A stretch of 64,000 bases of DNA from a virus (lineage: Duplodnaviria; Heunggongvirae; Uroviricota; Caudoviricetes), in IMG/VR virus record IMGVR_UViG_3300034122_001045; one strand, given 5' to 3'. The position numbers and the translations under genes were made by a program. Each line of letters starts with the position of its first letter. The stretch's first letter is position 1. Under the pieces are notes generated by a model, which made no database searches, was not told where the DNA came from, and saw only the letters and a program-made list of their open reading frames with translations. Below are positions 39,485 through 50,878 of the stretch, in pieces.

Positions 39485-40097
39485 GTAAATATCATATGGA
39501 GATAGACATGGCTACCAAGACAGAAGCTTCTGACTATGAGATTCATCTTGTTACTCTTATGAGGGACTATCATCTAACTCTATCGGAAGCACTCAGCTTT
39601 GACTTTGAAGCAGAATGCATCGATATATCAAACGTCTTTGATCCGTGCGAATTTCTTGAAGAAAAACTTGTTGACCTTGAAAAGGTCATGTACTACATGA
39701 TGGTATGGACCGGCCAAGAGCTGGATATTGAACTGAAGAAGATCCAATAATGACTATGCATTTGATTCGAGGGATGACTTCCCTCAACACTCGTAAGAGA
39801 AAGCCAAAGACCAAAACGAAGCGTATGATCGAAGCCGAAGCGGAACACGCTCGGTTTCTTGCTCGTGCTGGCTATAAAGGAAACTCAAAGGACTACCGTT
39901 ACGAGATTCCGGACTACAACACTGGCCCTCGAGTCACAAGCGATGTTGTTGCCGCCAACGGCGCAAAGAAAGCTAGCGTTAAGTACACAGGCAATGAGAT
40001 CCTCGGCATTGCGACCACGCACAAGTCCAACATGGTTCCTATTCGTAAAGACAATAAACAGGCTGCGGTTGATGCAGCGAGTATGAGAAGATAGATA

Positions 40098-40925
40098 TTG
40101 AAGAGATTACTGTACCAGTTTCACGTCGACTTTAAAGATAGAAGTAAGAATGTTTTCGGCGAAAGCTTTGATCGAGTTTCGGTTGGAGAATACTGGAAAC
40201 ATAGCACAACTTTTGCAAAAGCATACTGTGAGAGATATGGTATCGACTATAAGTTTGAGTTCCTAAGTGAAGAGGAATATAAACCTTGGGCATTTGGCGT
40301 TGAGACCTTTGATAAGTATAGAGCAGTTCAACATCTAAAGGATTACGATCAGGTTCTATACGTAGACACCGACGTGATCATACACCAAAATGCCGATAAC
40401 ATCTTTGAAGAATTTATGCATAGCGGACTCGTCGGTTACTTTGATAATGTCGCTGATAGATATATTCATAGGGATAGCAGCTCGCTCGGAAAGATAAATT
40501 CTGGTGTCATACTGTTTAATAACACAAATAGAAATTTAAAGAACGGACATGGAAAACTATATAACATGGATATATTTTCTGGTAACTATCCATGCAGAGG
40601 AACTCCATCTGAAACTCATATACTTGAGAAATTTTCAAAGGGCAAATGGTGGGAGCATTGGGAAGAAAAGCATTCTGAAAACGTAATTTATCTAAAGAAC
40701 AAAACAGCTTCAGATGAAAATTTCTTTCACTACATTGTGAACTTATATACTCTACTTCCATTCCATATCGGAAGAAAGTATAACTATCGCAGAAAATTTA
40801 GCGAAAAGCCATTCTTTAGAAGTGGATCGGAAATGATTGAGGTGTCTCCAAGCTTTATTCATTATGAAGGCGCATCTAAAAAACTAATTTATAAAGACTT
40901 CGAAGAAGGTTTATTTTTTAAATGA
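40098..40925 (+). CDS. Putative nucleotide-diphospho-sugar glycosyltransferase (GT-A, GT8-like)
   Basis: DxD-containing LYVDTDVII. Confidence 0.35.
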   Translation: MKRLLYQFHVDFKDRSKNVFGESFDRVSVGEYWKHSTTFAKAYCERYGIDYKFEFLSEEEYKPWAFGVETFDKYRAVQHLKDYDQVLYVDTDVIIHQNADNIFEEFMHSGLVGYFDNVADRYIHRDSSSLGKINSGVILFNNTNRNLKNGHGKLYNMDIFSGNYPCRGTPSETHILEKFSKGKWWEHWEEKHSENVIYLKNKTASDENFFHYIVNLYTLLPFHIGRKYNYRRKFSEKPFFRSGSEMIEVSPSFIHYEGASKKLIYKDFEEGLFFK

Positions 40926-41857
40926 AAAGAGTTCTTGTAACTGGTGCAGCAGGATTTATTGGAGCTTCACTATCCGCTCGTCTTCGCGATTGCGGTTACG
41001 AGATAATTGGTATTGACAACTATTGTGATTACTATCCAGCTACACTTAAGGTGGATAGAGTTAAGCATTTTCGCTTGCCTCCAGTACACCTAGTAGATAT
41101 CATTCATAAAGAAGCTCTATCTCGCTTTATTAAGAGTGCGAAGCCAGACATTGTTGTACACCTAGCAGCGATGGCGGGTGTAAGATATTCTATGAAGAAC
41201 CCTGGTATCTACCATAAGGTAAACATAGACGGAACTCAAAACGTTATTGATGCGTGCAAAGAAAACGGCATAGAAAAAGTCGTCTATGCATCTACTTCTA
41301 GCGTCTGCGCTGGAATCGAACAACTTCCATGGAGAGAAGACGAACCGGTTCTTCATCAGATAAGTCCGTATGGATACACTAAGTTTGTTAATGAATGCCA
41401 GTTTAAGATGTCTGGCCTGAACGACATCGGTCTTCGTTTCTTCACAGTATATGGACCTTGGGGTAGACCCGACATGGCTCTCTATGACTTCACAAAGAAC
41501 ATTCTCAATCGTGAAAAGATAAAGCTGTATAACTATGGAAACATGAAGCGCGATTTCACGTACATTGATGATATCGTGAAAGGTGTTCAGATAGTGATGG
41601 AAAACGACAGTATTCCTTCGAACGAGATCTTTAACATAGGTAACACTCAGCAAGTCACTCTTAAACGTTTCGTAGAAGCAATCGAAACGGCGACTGGAAA
41701 GAAAGCTGATATTGAGTATATCGAACACCAAGCAGGCGATTGTCTTGAGACTCAGTCTGACGTATCAAAACTTGTAAAGTATGGTTATCAACCTTCAGTC
41801 AATATCGAAGAAGGTGTTGCTTCATTCGTTGATTGGTACACTTCATATCATAAGTAG
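40922..41857 (+). CDS. NAD-dependent nucleotide-sugar epimerase/dehydratase (extended SDR)
   Basis: VLVTGAAGFIGASL. The YxxxK motif within YGYTK. Confidence 0.8.
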   Translation: MKRVLVTGAAGFIGASLSARLRDCGYEIIGIDNYCDYYPATLKVDRVKHFRLPPVHLVDIIHKEALSRFIKSAKPDIVVHLAAMAGVRYSMKNPGIYHKVNIDGTQNVIDACKENGIEKVVYASTSSVCAGIEQLPWREDEPVLHQISPYGYTKFVNECQFKMSGLNDIGLRFFTVYGPWGRPDMALYDFTKNILNREKIKLYNYGNMKRDFTYIDDIVKGVQIVMENDSIPSNEIFNIGNTQQVTLKRFVEAIETATGKKADIEYIEHQAGDCLETQSDVSKLVKYGYQPSVNIEEGVASFVDWYTSYHK

Positions 41858-41893
41858 TCTAAGATAAATATCTCTACAAGATGGAGATATTTT

Positions 41894-42460
41894 ATGATAG
41901 TTGCTGGTATTGATTATAGTTTGACGAGCCCCGCTATATGCGTTCACGAGGGCGATGAATGGAACGTGAAAAACTGCCGTTTCTACTATGTCGTACATCG
42001 AGAGAAATCAGTCGTTGTCTCTGGGCAGTTCTATGGAGAGATGTATCAAGAGTATCTTTGCGACGCGCATCGATACGATAACCTCTCAAAGTGGTCACTC
42101 AAGACTCTCACATCAAACAACGTAACTAAGTGCTTCATTGAAGGATACGCCTTCAATGCTGTCGGCCGAGTCTTTCAGATAGCAGAGAACACCGGCCAAC
42201 TAAAGTATCGTCTTTGGAAAGACAAGATTCCCTTTCAAGTGTTTGCGCCACCCGAGATCAAAAAGTTTGCTACCACGAAGGGAAACGCAAACAAAGAAAA
42301 GATGTATGAAAGCTTTTTTGAAGAAACAATGGTTGACATTCGCGTAGAATTGGATATATTAAATAAGAATCAATGGAATCCGGTTTCGGACATTGTTGAT
42401 TCCTACTATATCGCAAAGCTAGGCTTCATAAAGGAAAAAGAAAATGTGGATCAAGCGTAA
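41894..42460 (+). CDS. Hypothetical protein; possible RuvC/YqgF-like fold (weak)
   Basis: N-terminus IVAGIDYSLTSPAICV resembles the RNase H-like resolvase start. Confidence 0.25.
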   Translation: MIVAGIDYSLTSPAICVHEGDEWNVKNCRFYYVVHREKSVVVSGQFYGEMYQEYLCDAHRYDNLSKWSLKTLTSNNVTKCFIEGYAFNAVGRVFQIAENTGQLKYRLWKDKIPFQVFAPPEIKKFATTKGNANKEKMYESFFEETMVDIRVELDILNKNQWNPVSDIVDSYYIAKLGFIKEKENVDQA

Positions 42461-42661
42461 GAGCATTCTGACTGGTGTTGAGCGTACTCGCAACATTCCG
42501 GTTAACCCTGACGACATGGCTGCTTGGGAAACTGGCCTAGGCAACATTCAGGAGCTGATGCCGTATCTTAACGATACCGACCGCGAGTTCATTCTTTCCG
42601 GTATCACTGCCAAGGAGTGGGATGAAGCATTTGCAGAAGCATCGACGGAGGAGCATAGGTT

Positions 42662-43297
42662 TTGATCGTAATTTTTAATGGTCCTCCTGGATCTGGTAAA
42701 GATGAATCTGCGGCGTATTTCGCTCGCCGCGGATTTACTCATTTAAGTTTTAAGGATGTTCTATTCGAAGAGACCATCTCTTTCTTTGGCGTTGACAAAG
42801 AATGGTTCATGGATGGCTATAACGATAGATCCGTCAAAGAGAGAAAAGAAGAACTTCTCGAAGACATGTCGAGACGAGAAGCTATGATCTATGTATCAGA
42901 AGTGATCACGAAACCTGCCTTCGGTAAGGACGTATTTGGTGTCGCAGTGGCATCGAAGATCGAAGATGGCGTTGACTACGCGATCTCAGACGGCGGCTTC
43001 GAAGAGGAATTAGTTCCATTAATAAATAGAGTTAGAGCTGAAAATATACTATTGGTTCAGCTTACACGCAATGGGTGCGACTACTCTTCAGACTCACGCC
43101 GATATTTCAATGGAAGATTAGAAAAAGAATACGTTATTCGCGAGACGACAGAGATCGATAGCGAACACGTGCTCTCTCACAAATTTCCAATCCGTACCTA
43201 TCGTGTACATAACAATGGTTCTCTTGAGGAGTTCCATGATGTTCTCCAAGATATTTACGATAAGGAACGTGATGCAAAAACAGAAAACAAAACCTAG
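42662..43297 (+). CDS. Deoxynucleoside monophosphate kinase (T4 gp1-like P-loop kinase)
   Basis: IVIFNGPPGSGKDESAAYF resembles T4 gp1 LIFLSGVKRSGKDTTADF. Confidence 0.5.
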   Translation: MIVIFNGPPGSGKDESAAYFARRGFTHLSFKDVLFEETISFFGVDKEWFMDGYNDRSVKERKEELLEDMSRREAMIYVSEVITKPAFGKDVFGVAVASKIEDGVDYAISDGGFEEELVPLINRVRAENILLVQLTRNGCDYSSDSRRYFNGRLEKEYVIRETTEIDSEHVLSHKFPIRTYRVHNNGSLEEFHDVLQDIYDKERDAKTENKT

Positions 43298-44056
43298 GGT
43301 TTTCTATGAAAATCCATACGACTTAGAGACATTATTCGAATCGTTATCAATTGCGTCAGAACATGATAAGGAACTTATATTCGTCGATAGACTCATCTCT
43401 CTATTGAGATTAGACCCAGAAGTCGATCTAACAACTCTTAACTTCAAGATACTTAAAGATCTTAACCTCGTAACACTTGAAATGACCAACTAAGGAGATA
43501 CTATATTATGGCAAAGGGAAAGAGCTCGTCCGGTAAAAATTATGTTTCTAAGGGCGAAAACAAAAACGTTAACTCCAAGCTTTTGAATAGCATTCGCGCC
43601 GAAAGAACTGGCGCCGATGACATGCTCAATAAGCAGCGTGCATGGGTGAATGGATCGAACCCATGGCTGACCATCGAGAATCCAAACAAAGAACAGACGA
43701 ATAAGCGTTTCATTCGTGTTCGAATGAACGATCTGAACGGTGGACCCGCAAAAGAGCGCTCCAAAAAAATCTTTGCTATGACCTAAGGAAACAGTTATGA
43801 ATTATGATAAAGACGATATCATTAAAAAGCTAAACGAAACGATCTGCAAGGTCGTTTTCACAAAAGCAAACGGTGAGACTCGAGTGATGCACTGCACTCT
43901 ATCAAATGAGTTTCTGCCAGCTCAAGTAGATCTTGAAGAAGCAATTCAAAAGAAGATTCCAAACCACACTGTGCTTGCGGTCTGGGATGTTGAAGCAAAC
44001 GGATGGCGTTCTTTCCGTTGGGACTCTCTTAAAGAGTTCAGCACAGTAGACAAATA

Positions 44057-45010
44057 ATGAGCTGTATTTACAAGGGAAACATTGTAGATACAAACCTCTC
44101 TCGCAATGCTCGTGGAGGCACTGAGATGATGCGAGAGAGGCTGCTTAATAATGTTCCGCCGGAACTTCTACAGAATTTTGCAGTTCACTTCTCGAGGCCT
44201 CGTGAGATGCACAAAGATGTGAAAAACATTTTCTACTGCCATGATTTAGTTTTTGATCCAGAGAATGCTGTTCTTCGTGACGGCGGTTGGCAAAAGTTCG
44301 ATCACTTTGTTTTCGTTTCGTATTGGCAGCGTGATCAATACATGCTCATCTATCAGATTCCATACTCGAAGTGTAGCGTAATACACAATGCGATTGAGTT
44401 GGAGTATCACCCGCATCAAAAGAGAACCGATCAAATTCGTTTCATCTATCACACGACTCCGCATCGTGGATTGGAACTCGTCTATCCGATCTTTGATGCT
44501 CTCAGCAAACAATACGACAACATTCATCTGGATGTATACTCATCCTTTAAGATTTATGGTTGGGAACAACGTGATAAGCCATATGAAAACTTGTTCGAAA
44601 AACTCAAAGCTCATCCACGAATTACATATCATGGATCAAAGAGTAACGAAGAAGTTCTCGAAGCTCTGAAGGAATCTCATATCTTCCTTTTCCCTTCAAT
44701 ATGGCAGGAAACGTCTTGTATCGCGATGATAGAAGCGATACGTTCTGGTGTATTGGTGATCCATCCTAATTATGCAGCTCTGCCAGAAACGTCTTCTAAC
44801 GCTACTCTAATGTATGAATATACTGAGGATAGAAACGAGCATGCGAACCGTTCTTTTTCTGCAGTAAAGAACATACTTGATGCCCAGCGTATCGACGAAA
44901 ACTTCATTAATAAGATAACGAATTCGGACGCATGTAACCTTCCACGGAATAGCATAAATACCTTTAAGAACTCTTGGATTAACTTGTTGAGGCGTTTAAG
45001 TAATGGCTGA
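44057..45010 (+). CDS. Putative glycosyltransferase (GT-B, GT4-like C-terminal domain)
   Basis: FLFPSIWQETSCIAMIEAIRSGVLVI (E-x7-E). Confidence 0.45.
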   Translation: MSCIYKGNIVDTNLSRNARGGTEMMRERLLNNVPPELLQNFAVHFSRPREMHKDVKNIFYCHDLVFDPENAVLRDGGWQKFDHFVFVSYWQRDQYMLIYQIPYSKCSVIHNAIELEYHPHQKRTDQIRFIYHTTPHRGLELVYPIFDALSKQYDNIHLDVYSSFKIYGWEQRDKPYENLFEKLKAHPRITYHGSKSNEEVLEALKESHIFLFPSIWQETSCIAMIEAIRSGVLVIHPNYAALPETSSNATLMYEYTEDRNEHANRSFSAVKNILDAQRIDENFINKITNSDACNLPRNSINTFKNSWINLLRRLSNG

Positions 45011-45386
45011 AATCATAAAATTCCCTCGAATGAAACTCGACTCACCACCACAATCACTCGAAGAGTTATCCGAAAAACTTACGGAATACAGAACGAGTTT
45101 TTCGAACGACGTCGCAGAAAGTCTTTGGAACCTTGTTCTTATCGAGATGGTAAGGTCTGGGTGCAGGTTCGAACAAGACACCGAAAGGTACTACCCGTCC
45201 ATCATTCTTCTTCTCGAATCAATTCGCTCGCTTCATTTAATGGCAAGCGACATATATCATCCTCTGCAAGACTTTGCAGATGAATTTATAGAAAATGAAG
45301 AAATCGACAAAGAAATGATTGACATTGGTGAATTACTAGAGTAGTATAGACTCATAAGATCCAAATATAAGAGAAACACATACAAC

Positions 45387-46247
45387 ATGGCAATACTCAT
45401 TGACTTCAACCAAGTGATCCTAGCATCACTATTTGTCGGTATCGGCAATCACCACAACATTGACTTGGATGAAAATCTTCTTCGTCATATGTTTCTAAAC
45501 TCAATCCGTTCAAACCGAAAAAAGTTTCATAAAGAGTTCGGTGAGATCGTTATCTGCGCCGACGGTAAGAACTCTTGGCGGCGAGAAACCTTTCCTTACT
45601 ACAAAGCAAACCGCAGAAAGTCTCGTGAAGAGTCTGAGCTCGATTGGAACGAACTGTTTCGAATGATCAATACCATTCGTTCTGAGCTTAAAGATCACTT
45701 CCCTTATAAGGTCATTCATATCGACCACTGTGAAGCAGACGACATCATCGGTGCTGTCGTCCATGAGCATGGAACAGAACTAAACATCGGCGCTGAGCAG
45801 TTCCTTATCCTTTCGGGTGATAAAGACTACATCCAATTGCATAAGTATGCAAACGTAAAGCAGTACGATCCGGTTCGCAAGAAATGGGTTCAGAATTCAG
45901 ATCCCGATAAATACCTCATGGAACATATCATTAAAGGCGACAGCGGTGACGGTGTACCGAACATTCTATCTCCAGACAACTGTCTTGCGATTGGTGAACG
46001 CCAAAAAATGATGACTGCGAATCGCCTGGCCAATTTTTTGAAAGGCCCTGATCACATGGATGAAAATACAGTTAGAAACTATCATCGTAATAAGATGATG
46101 ATTGATCTGACTGAGATTCCAGATGCTTATAAAAAGAAAATCCTTGAAGACTACAGCGTGGATAAAGAAGTTGGGAGATCTCAACTATTTGATTACTTTA
46201 TGAAGAACAAACTTAAAAATTTAATCACTGATATACAGGACTTTTGA
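45387..46247 (+). CDS. rnh: RNase H / 5'-3' exonuclease (T4 rnh, FEN family)
   Basis: ILIDFNQVILASLFV...IVICADGKNSWRRETFPYYKANRRKSREES.DWNELF...HIDHCEADDIIGAVV aligns closely with T4 RNase H. Confidence 0.85.
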   Translation: MAILIDFNQVILASLFVGIGNHHNIDLDENLLRHMFLNSIRSNRKKFHKEFGEIVICADGKNSWRRETFPYYKANRRKSREESELDWNELFRMINTIRSELKDHFPYKVIHIDHCEADDIIGAVVHEHGTELNIGAEQFLILSGDKDYIQLHKYANVKQYDPVRKKWVQNSDPDKYLMEHIIKGDSGDGVPNILSPDNCLAIGERQKMMTANRLANFLKGPDHMDENTVRNYHRNKMMIDLTEIPDAYKKKILEDYSVDKEVGRSQLFDYFMKNKLKNLITDIQDF

Positions 46248-47506
46248 ATGTTACTCTCCCTATCGGAAATTGTAAATAAAGCGGCAGAACTAAAGACGAA
46301 TCAAGAAAAGATCGAATGGCTTCGTAAGAATGATTCTGTTCCACTTCGAACAATACTTAAGAACACCTATGATAAGAGTGTGGAATTCCTTATTCCAAAC
46401 ACTCCTCCGCCTTGGAAGAAGAACAGCTACATCGGCGTTGAAGGTATGCTTTTGAAAGAAGCAAGACGTCTTCGTATCTTTGTGAAGGGTGGCGGCTACG
46501 ATACTCTTAATCAAGTCAAACGCGAAAACCTTTTCATCAGTCTTTTAGAAGATATTGATAATGGTGATGCAGAACTTTTGTGTAAGATGATTGCACAAAA
46601 ACCATTGACAGGTCTGCCTCGAAGTGTTATAGTACAATCGTTCCCAGGATTAATCGAAGGAGTAAAAGAGGAACAAGATGGCAAAGTCGTTTAAGAAATT
46701 CCGCGAGCAGTGGGATGATGATTGGAATGACGATTCTGATGACAAGGATCGTGAACTTCAGAAACGTCGCGATCAGCGTCGAAAAAAGACCGCTGAGAAA
46801 TTTTCTCGATTTGATGAAAAGGCTGATGATTAATGTCTAAGGTGATACTATCTGACGTCGATGGTTGTATGGTTGTTTGGAAAAACGAATTCAACAATTT
46901 CATGGAGAGACACGGTTTCGAAAACGTTGTCGAAAGAGATAATAATATTCATCCGTGGTTGTATCGCGACGACGTATATGAGATTGAAGATCTCTATGGT
47001 ATCAGTAAACAGCAAGCTGACTTTATGGTCGATATGTTTAACGAGAGTATCCACCTAGGCCATCTACCTCCTCTGAAAGATGCGATTAAGTACATTCGAA
47101 AGCTACACGAAGAGCACGGATATGTATTCCATTGCATCACTGCCTGTGGTACTCATCATCGCGTACATGATCTTCGCCTCAAGAATCTTAACGATCTCTT
47201 TGGTTCTAATGTGATTAAACGGCTTGTATGTACAGAGTCAAGTAGGGCAAAGAGACCAATCCTTGAAGAGTACAAAGACTCTAGACTCTACTGGGTAGAG
47301 GATAAAGTATCGAATGCTATCATGGGGCACGAACTTGGCCTGCGATCAATTCTCATCAATCATTCATACAACCTAAATTACATTGAACATCCATTTGATG
47401 AACCTCAGTACCTAAGAGTAAATAATTGGAAACAAATCTACGATATCGTCGTAGACTCAGAGTAGTACAGGAATAAATACAATTAAGCAGATCTATATCA
47501 TGATGT

Positions 47507-47536
47507 GGCGATCTTGCGGGATCGCCCTTTGTTATT
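47507..47536 (+). terminator. Rho-independent terminator
   Basis: GGCGATC-ttgcgg-GATCGCC followed by CTTTGTTATT. Confidence 0.6.
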
Positions 47537-47799
47537 AACAGGAGACTAAATGCCGGTATATAGCTTTAGAGATACTGAAACTAAAGAAGAATACGAAGCT
47601 ACAATGCGATACTCTGAGCTTGATGAGTATCTAAAAAACAACTCCCACATAGTACAAATATTTACTCGATTCCCGGGGACAGTTGACTCGGTACGCATCG
47701 GCATTCGCAAGCCCGATGATAATTTTCGTGATGTGTTGAAAAAAGCAAAGGTTCATAAACATAACACAATCAATGACTTTTAAGTCATAAGGAGGCCGC

Positions 47800-48549
47800 A
47801 TGGTAGTATCACGTCGTCTATCTCGAAAAGAAAAAAGAAGACATGAAAGAAATCTAGATAATATAGTGAACGTAGTTAATCAGAAGTTCACAATGAAAAA
47901 GATACAACCAATTACTTCAACTCAAGAGATGCTATTCGACGATTATAAACAAGGATACAACATAGCGGCCATCGGAACAGCAGGAACAGGTAAAACAATG
48001 TGTGCTCTCTATCTCGCGTTGAACGACGTGATGGAGACAAAGAACTACGAAAAGGTCATAGTCATTCGATCTGCGGTTCAGACTCGCGATCAAGGATTTA
48101 TGCCAGGTAGTCTTAAGGAAAAAATAGCATACTATGAGACGCCATATATAGATATAGTAAACGATTTGTTTGGAAGATCTGATGGCTATAGCATTATGAA
48201 ACAGCAAGGATGCATCGAATTCATGAGCTCTTCGTTTGTTCGTGGTCTTACTTTCGATAACTCAGTCATCGTAGTTGACGAATGCCAGAACATGACATAC
48301 GAAGAAATAAGATCAATTATGACTCGTGTTGGCGAGTCTTCTAAGATTATTTTCTGTGGTGATACGAAGCAGGACGACCTTCGAAATTCTAAGAACCGAT
48401 TGGATCGCTCTGGACTATCGAGCTTTATCAATGTGTTGAAAGAGATAAGAGAGTTTAAAACGATAGAATTCACAGTCGATGACATCGTAAGATCTGGTCT
48501 CGTGAAGTCGTTTATCCTCGCAGAAGAAAAAGTTTTAGACTACGCGTAA
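47800..48549 (+). CDS. phoH: PhoH-like ATPase
   Basis: Walker A GTAGTGKT. VIVVDECQNMT. 249 aa, typical of marine phage PhoH. Confidence 0.85.
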   Translation: MVVSRRLSRKEKRRHERNLDNIVNVVNQKFTMKKIQPITSTQEMLFDDYKQGYNIAAIGTAGTGKTMCALYLALNDVMETKNYEKVIVIRSAVQTRDQGFMPGSLKEKIAYYETPYIDIVNDLFGRSDGYSIMKQQGCIEFMSSSFVRGLTFDNSVIVVDECQNMTYEEIRSIMTRVGESSKIIFCGDTKQDDLRNSKNRLDRSGLSSFINVLKEIREFKTIEFTVDDIVRSGLVKSFILAEEKVLDYA

Positions 48550-48564
48550 AGAGGAGAATTACGT

Positions 48565-48870
48565 ATGCCAGCGGTTGCCGTCTGTACTGTTGATACGATC
48601 ACCACCGGTCACGGTTGTGACGGCACCGCTCTCATACAAGGTTCTCTTCAGACAAAGGTTACGATAGGTGGAAAGAGAGTCGCTGTGCAAGGTGATGCAA
48701 TTGCACCTCATACTATTAATGCGGGACCAGTTTGTGTCCCGCATTCTTCTGTTATCAATGCGGGTTCTTCAAAAGTAACGATAGCAGGAATACCGGTTGC
48801 GCGTGTAGGAGACTCGGCCGACGCTGGGTCTGTGGCAACTGGGTCAGGTAAAGTATCATGCGGAGGGTGA
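48565..48870 (+). CDS. PAAR-repeat-like small protein (gp5.4-like spike tip candidate)
   Basis: 101 aa. Gly/Val/Ala-rich beta repeats (VAVQGDAIAPH, IPVARVGDSADAG). Confidence 0.4.
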   Translation: MPAVAVCTVDTITTGHGCDGTALIQGSLQTKVTIGGKRVAVQGDAIAPHTINAGPVCVPHSSVINAGSSKVTIAGIPVARVGDSADAGSVATGSGKVSCGG

Positions 48871-49542
48871 ATGTTTCAACACGTAGATCATGGGTTGGTG
48901 CTTCCTGTTATCACTAGGAAGACTACCGAAAGTGGAAGAAAGTATTATACGCCAGAAGGCAATGCGTATCCGTCAATCACGACGGTTTTGTCTGTTATGG
49001 ACAAAGATGGCCTAATCGAATGGCGTAAGAGAGTCGGCGAAGAAGAAGCGAACCGTATCTCTAAACAAGCCGCAGGGCGAGGTACCGCAGTACACAAGCT
49101 AGCCGAGGACTATCTCAATAACGAACCAGAATGGCAAAAAGATCATATGCCGGGGAACCTATTCTCGTTCAATCAGATCAAAAAGATACTTGATGAAAGA
49201 GTAAACAATGTATGGTTCCAAGAAACCTTTCTATACAGCGATAGCCTAAAGTGCGCAGGTCAGACTGACTGTATAGCCGAGTTCGACGGCGAACTCTCTA
49301 TCATAGATTTCAAAACATCAAGAAAAGAAAAGAAGAAGGAATGGATCCTTGGGTATTTCATTCAGGCTGCGTTCTATGCGGCTGCTTTCTACGAGATGAC
49401 TGGCATACCTATCAAGCAAGCTGCCATAGTCATAATGGTTGACGACTCAGAGCCACAAGTCTTTAAAGTCAACACATACGATTACTTGCCAGAGTTCTTA
49501 AAGGTTCGAAAAAAGTACAAACTTCTTCATGAAAACGGTTGA
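48871..49542 (+). CDS. PD-(D/E)XK nuclease superfamily protein (Cas4/RecB-like fold)
   Basis: DCIAEFDG...IIDFKTSRK (D..E.K) and the QAAFYAAAFY (QxxxY) motif. Confidence 0.45.
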   Translation: MFQHVDHGLVLPVITRKTTESGRKYYTPEGNAYPSITTVLSVMDKDGLIEWRKRVGEEEANRISKQAAGRGTAVHKLAEDYLNNEPEWQKDHMPGNLFSFNQIKKILDERVNNVWFQETFLYSDSLKCAGQTDCIAEFDGELSIIDFKTSRKEKKKEWILGYFIQAAFYAAAFYEMTGIPIKQAAIVIMVDDSEPQVFKVNTYDYLPEFLKVRKKYKLLHENG

Positions 49543-49567
49543 CATTCGTTCAGAATCAGTATAGACT
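49539..49567 (+). promoter_or_regulatory. Early promoter, conserved cassette (variant)
   Basis: TTGACATTCGTTCAGAATCAGTATAGACT. Confidence 0.55.
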
Positions 49568-49594
49568 GTTCTATATCAAACGAAAGGATACACC

Positions 49595-49825
49595 ATGTAC
49601 GTCGCCGAACTCGACATCTCCGCCGAAGCCTCGCAAGAATCCATTCATCAGTTCGCAACCGAACACGGCTGCACCGCTCTTCTTATCATGGAATACGGCC
49701 CTGCCGGCGGTAACCCTCTCTATCAGTTCTCGTCTAACAGTCAAGACTGCCTCGAGGAACTCGTCTCTCAAGTACTAGGTGACATCGACTATCAACATAT
49801 CCTCGACGCAATCCGAGAAATCTAA
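49595..49825 (+). CDS. small early protein
   Basis: 76 aa. C-ending codons. Confidence 0.5.
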   Translation: MYVAELDISAEASQESIHQFATEHGCTALLIMEYGPAGGNPLYQFSSNSQDCLEELVSQVLGDIDYQHILDAIREI

Positions 49826-49832
49826 AAAGTAG

Positions 49833-49861
49833 TTGACATTCGTTTAGAATCAGTGTATTCT
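49833..49861 (+). promoter_or_regulatory. Early promoter, conserved cassette
   Basis: TTGACATTCGTTTAGAATCAGTGTATTCTAATAATGTAAGGAACGAAAGGAAC. Confidence 0.6.
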
Positions 49862-49890
49862 AATAATGTAAGGAACGAAAGGAACCTCCT

Positions 49891-50250
49891 ATGAAATTCT
49901 CCAAGTTTGACCGTACCAATCTGAATGCTCTTCGTGCCGAGATGGCCGTTCTTCTGAATAAGTACGGCGTTGACTCGAACCTTGAGTTTGAAGTCGGCAA
50001 TATGAAGTTCAGCGCGAACGAAGTTGAGATTAAAGTCAAAGCGAAGGTCAAAGGTGCAAAGACTCTCACCAATGTGATCCTTGAGTCTCGTGTAGCTGCT
50101 CTCGGCATCAAGCTGAAGAATAAAGCAGGTGACGAGCTCGTTGACTATAACACTCGCGCCCCGAAGATGCCGTTCGTCTATCGTAACGCTGCAGACGGTA
50201 AGCTCTATAAGTGCACCGAAATGATGACTAAGATCCGCTTCGCAGCTTAA
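49891..50250 (+). CDS. Early protein, unknown function
   Basis: 119 aa, lysine-rich. C-ending codons. Confidence 0.55.
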   Translation: MKFSKFDRTNLNALRAEMAVLLNKYGVDSNLEFEVGNMKFSANEVEIKVKAKVKGAKTLTNVILESRVAALGIKLKNKAGDELVDYNTRAPKMPFVYRNAADGKLYKCTEMMTKIRFAA

Positions 50251-50878
50251 TCGAAAGAAACATCATGAAATACGCAATCGTTCTCTTTGCTTTGACTATG
50301 TCGGCTTGCTCTTCGATGGACCCCGAGCTGAAAGCTCATCTTGAAGCCGAAGCTGACTTTGCTCGCCATCAGTATCATACTCAGCAAGCTCATGAAAAGG
50401 ATTACGATCCTGAATATGTAGACGACTGCTACTATCACGAAGAACTCGTCTGTGAATTCGAATGACGCTGTTTCAGTCTAAGTCAATCAATACGAATGGA
50501 CACCAGTTCATTGGATATGTCTGGAAGTTTCGTGGATGCCAAGTAGAGATGCATGCGAATGGCTTTTCTTGTAACTGCAAGAAGCGCCACTTTGCAAAGT
50601 GCAATCACGTAAAGAGCGTAGAACTTGGCATTCTAGGTGTAAATCAGATTAAGTATAAACTATAGAGGAAATCCTATGTTCACGACTATTGTTGCATGGA
50701 TCGCATTTGTTGTTGGATCTTTTTTATCTTCATTGCGCTATTGGACAGCATTTTTCAGTTTACAGTAAGTGACTTTCAGCGTAGAATGAAAATACGTAAG
50801 CATTATTTCACTGGGCGGATGGGGTTCATTCTCATTGCCTGGTTCTTGTCAGGAATGCATCTTTTTGGATAAATCATC

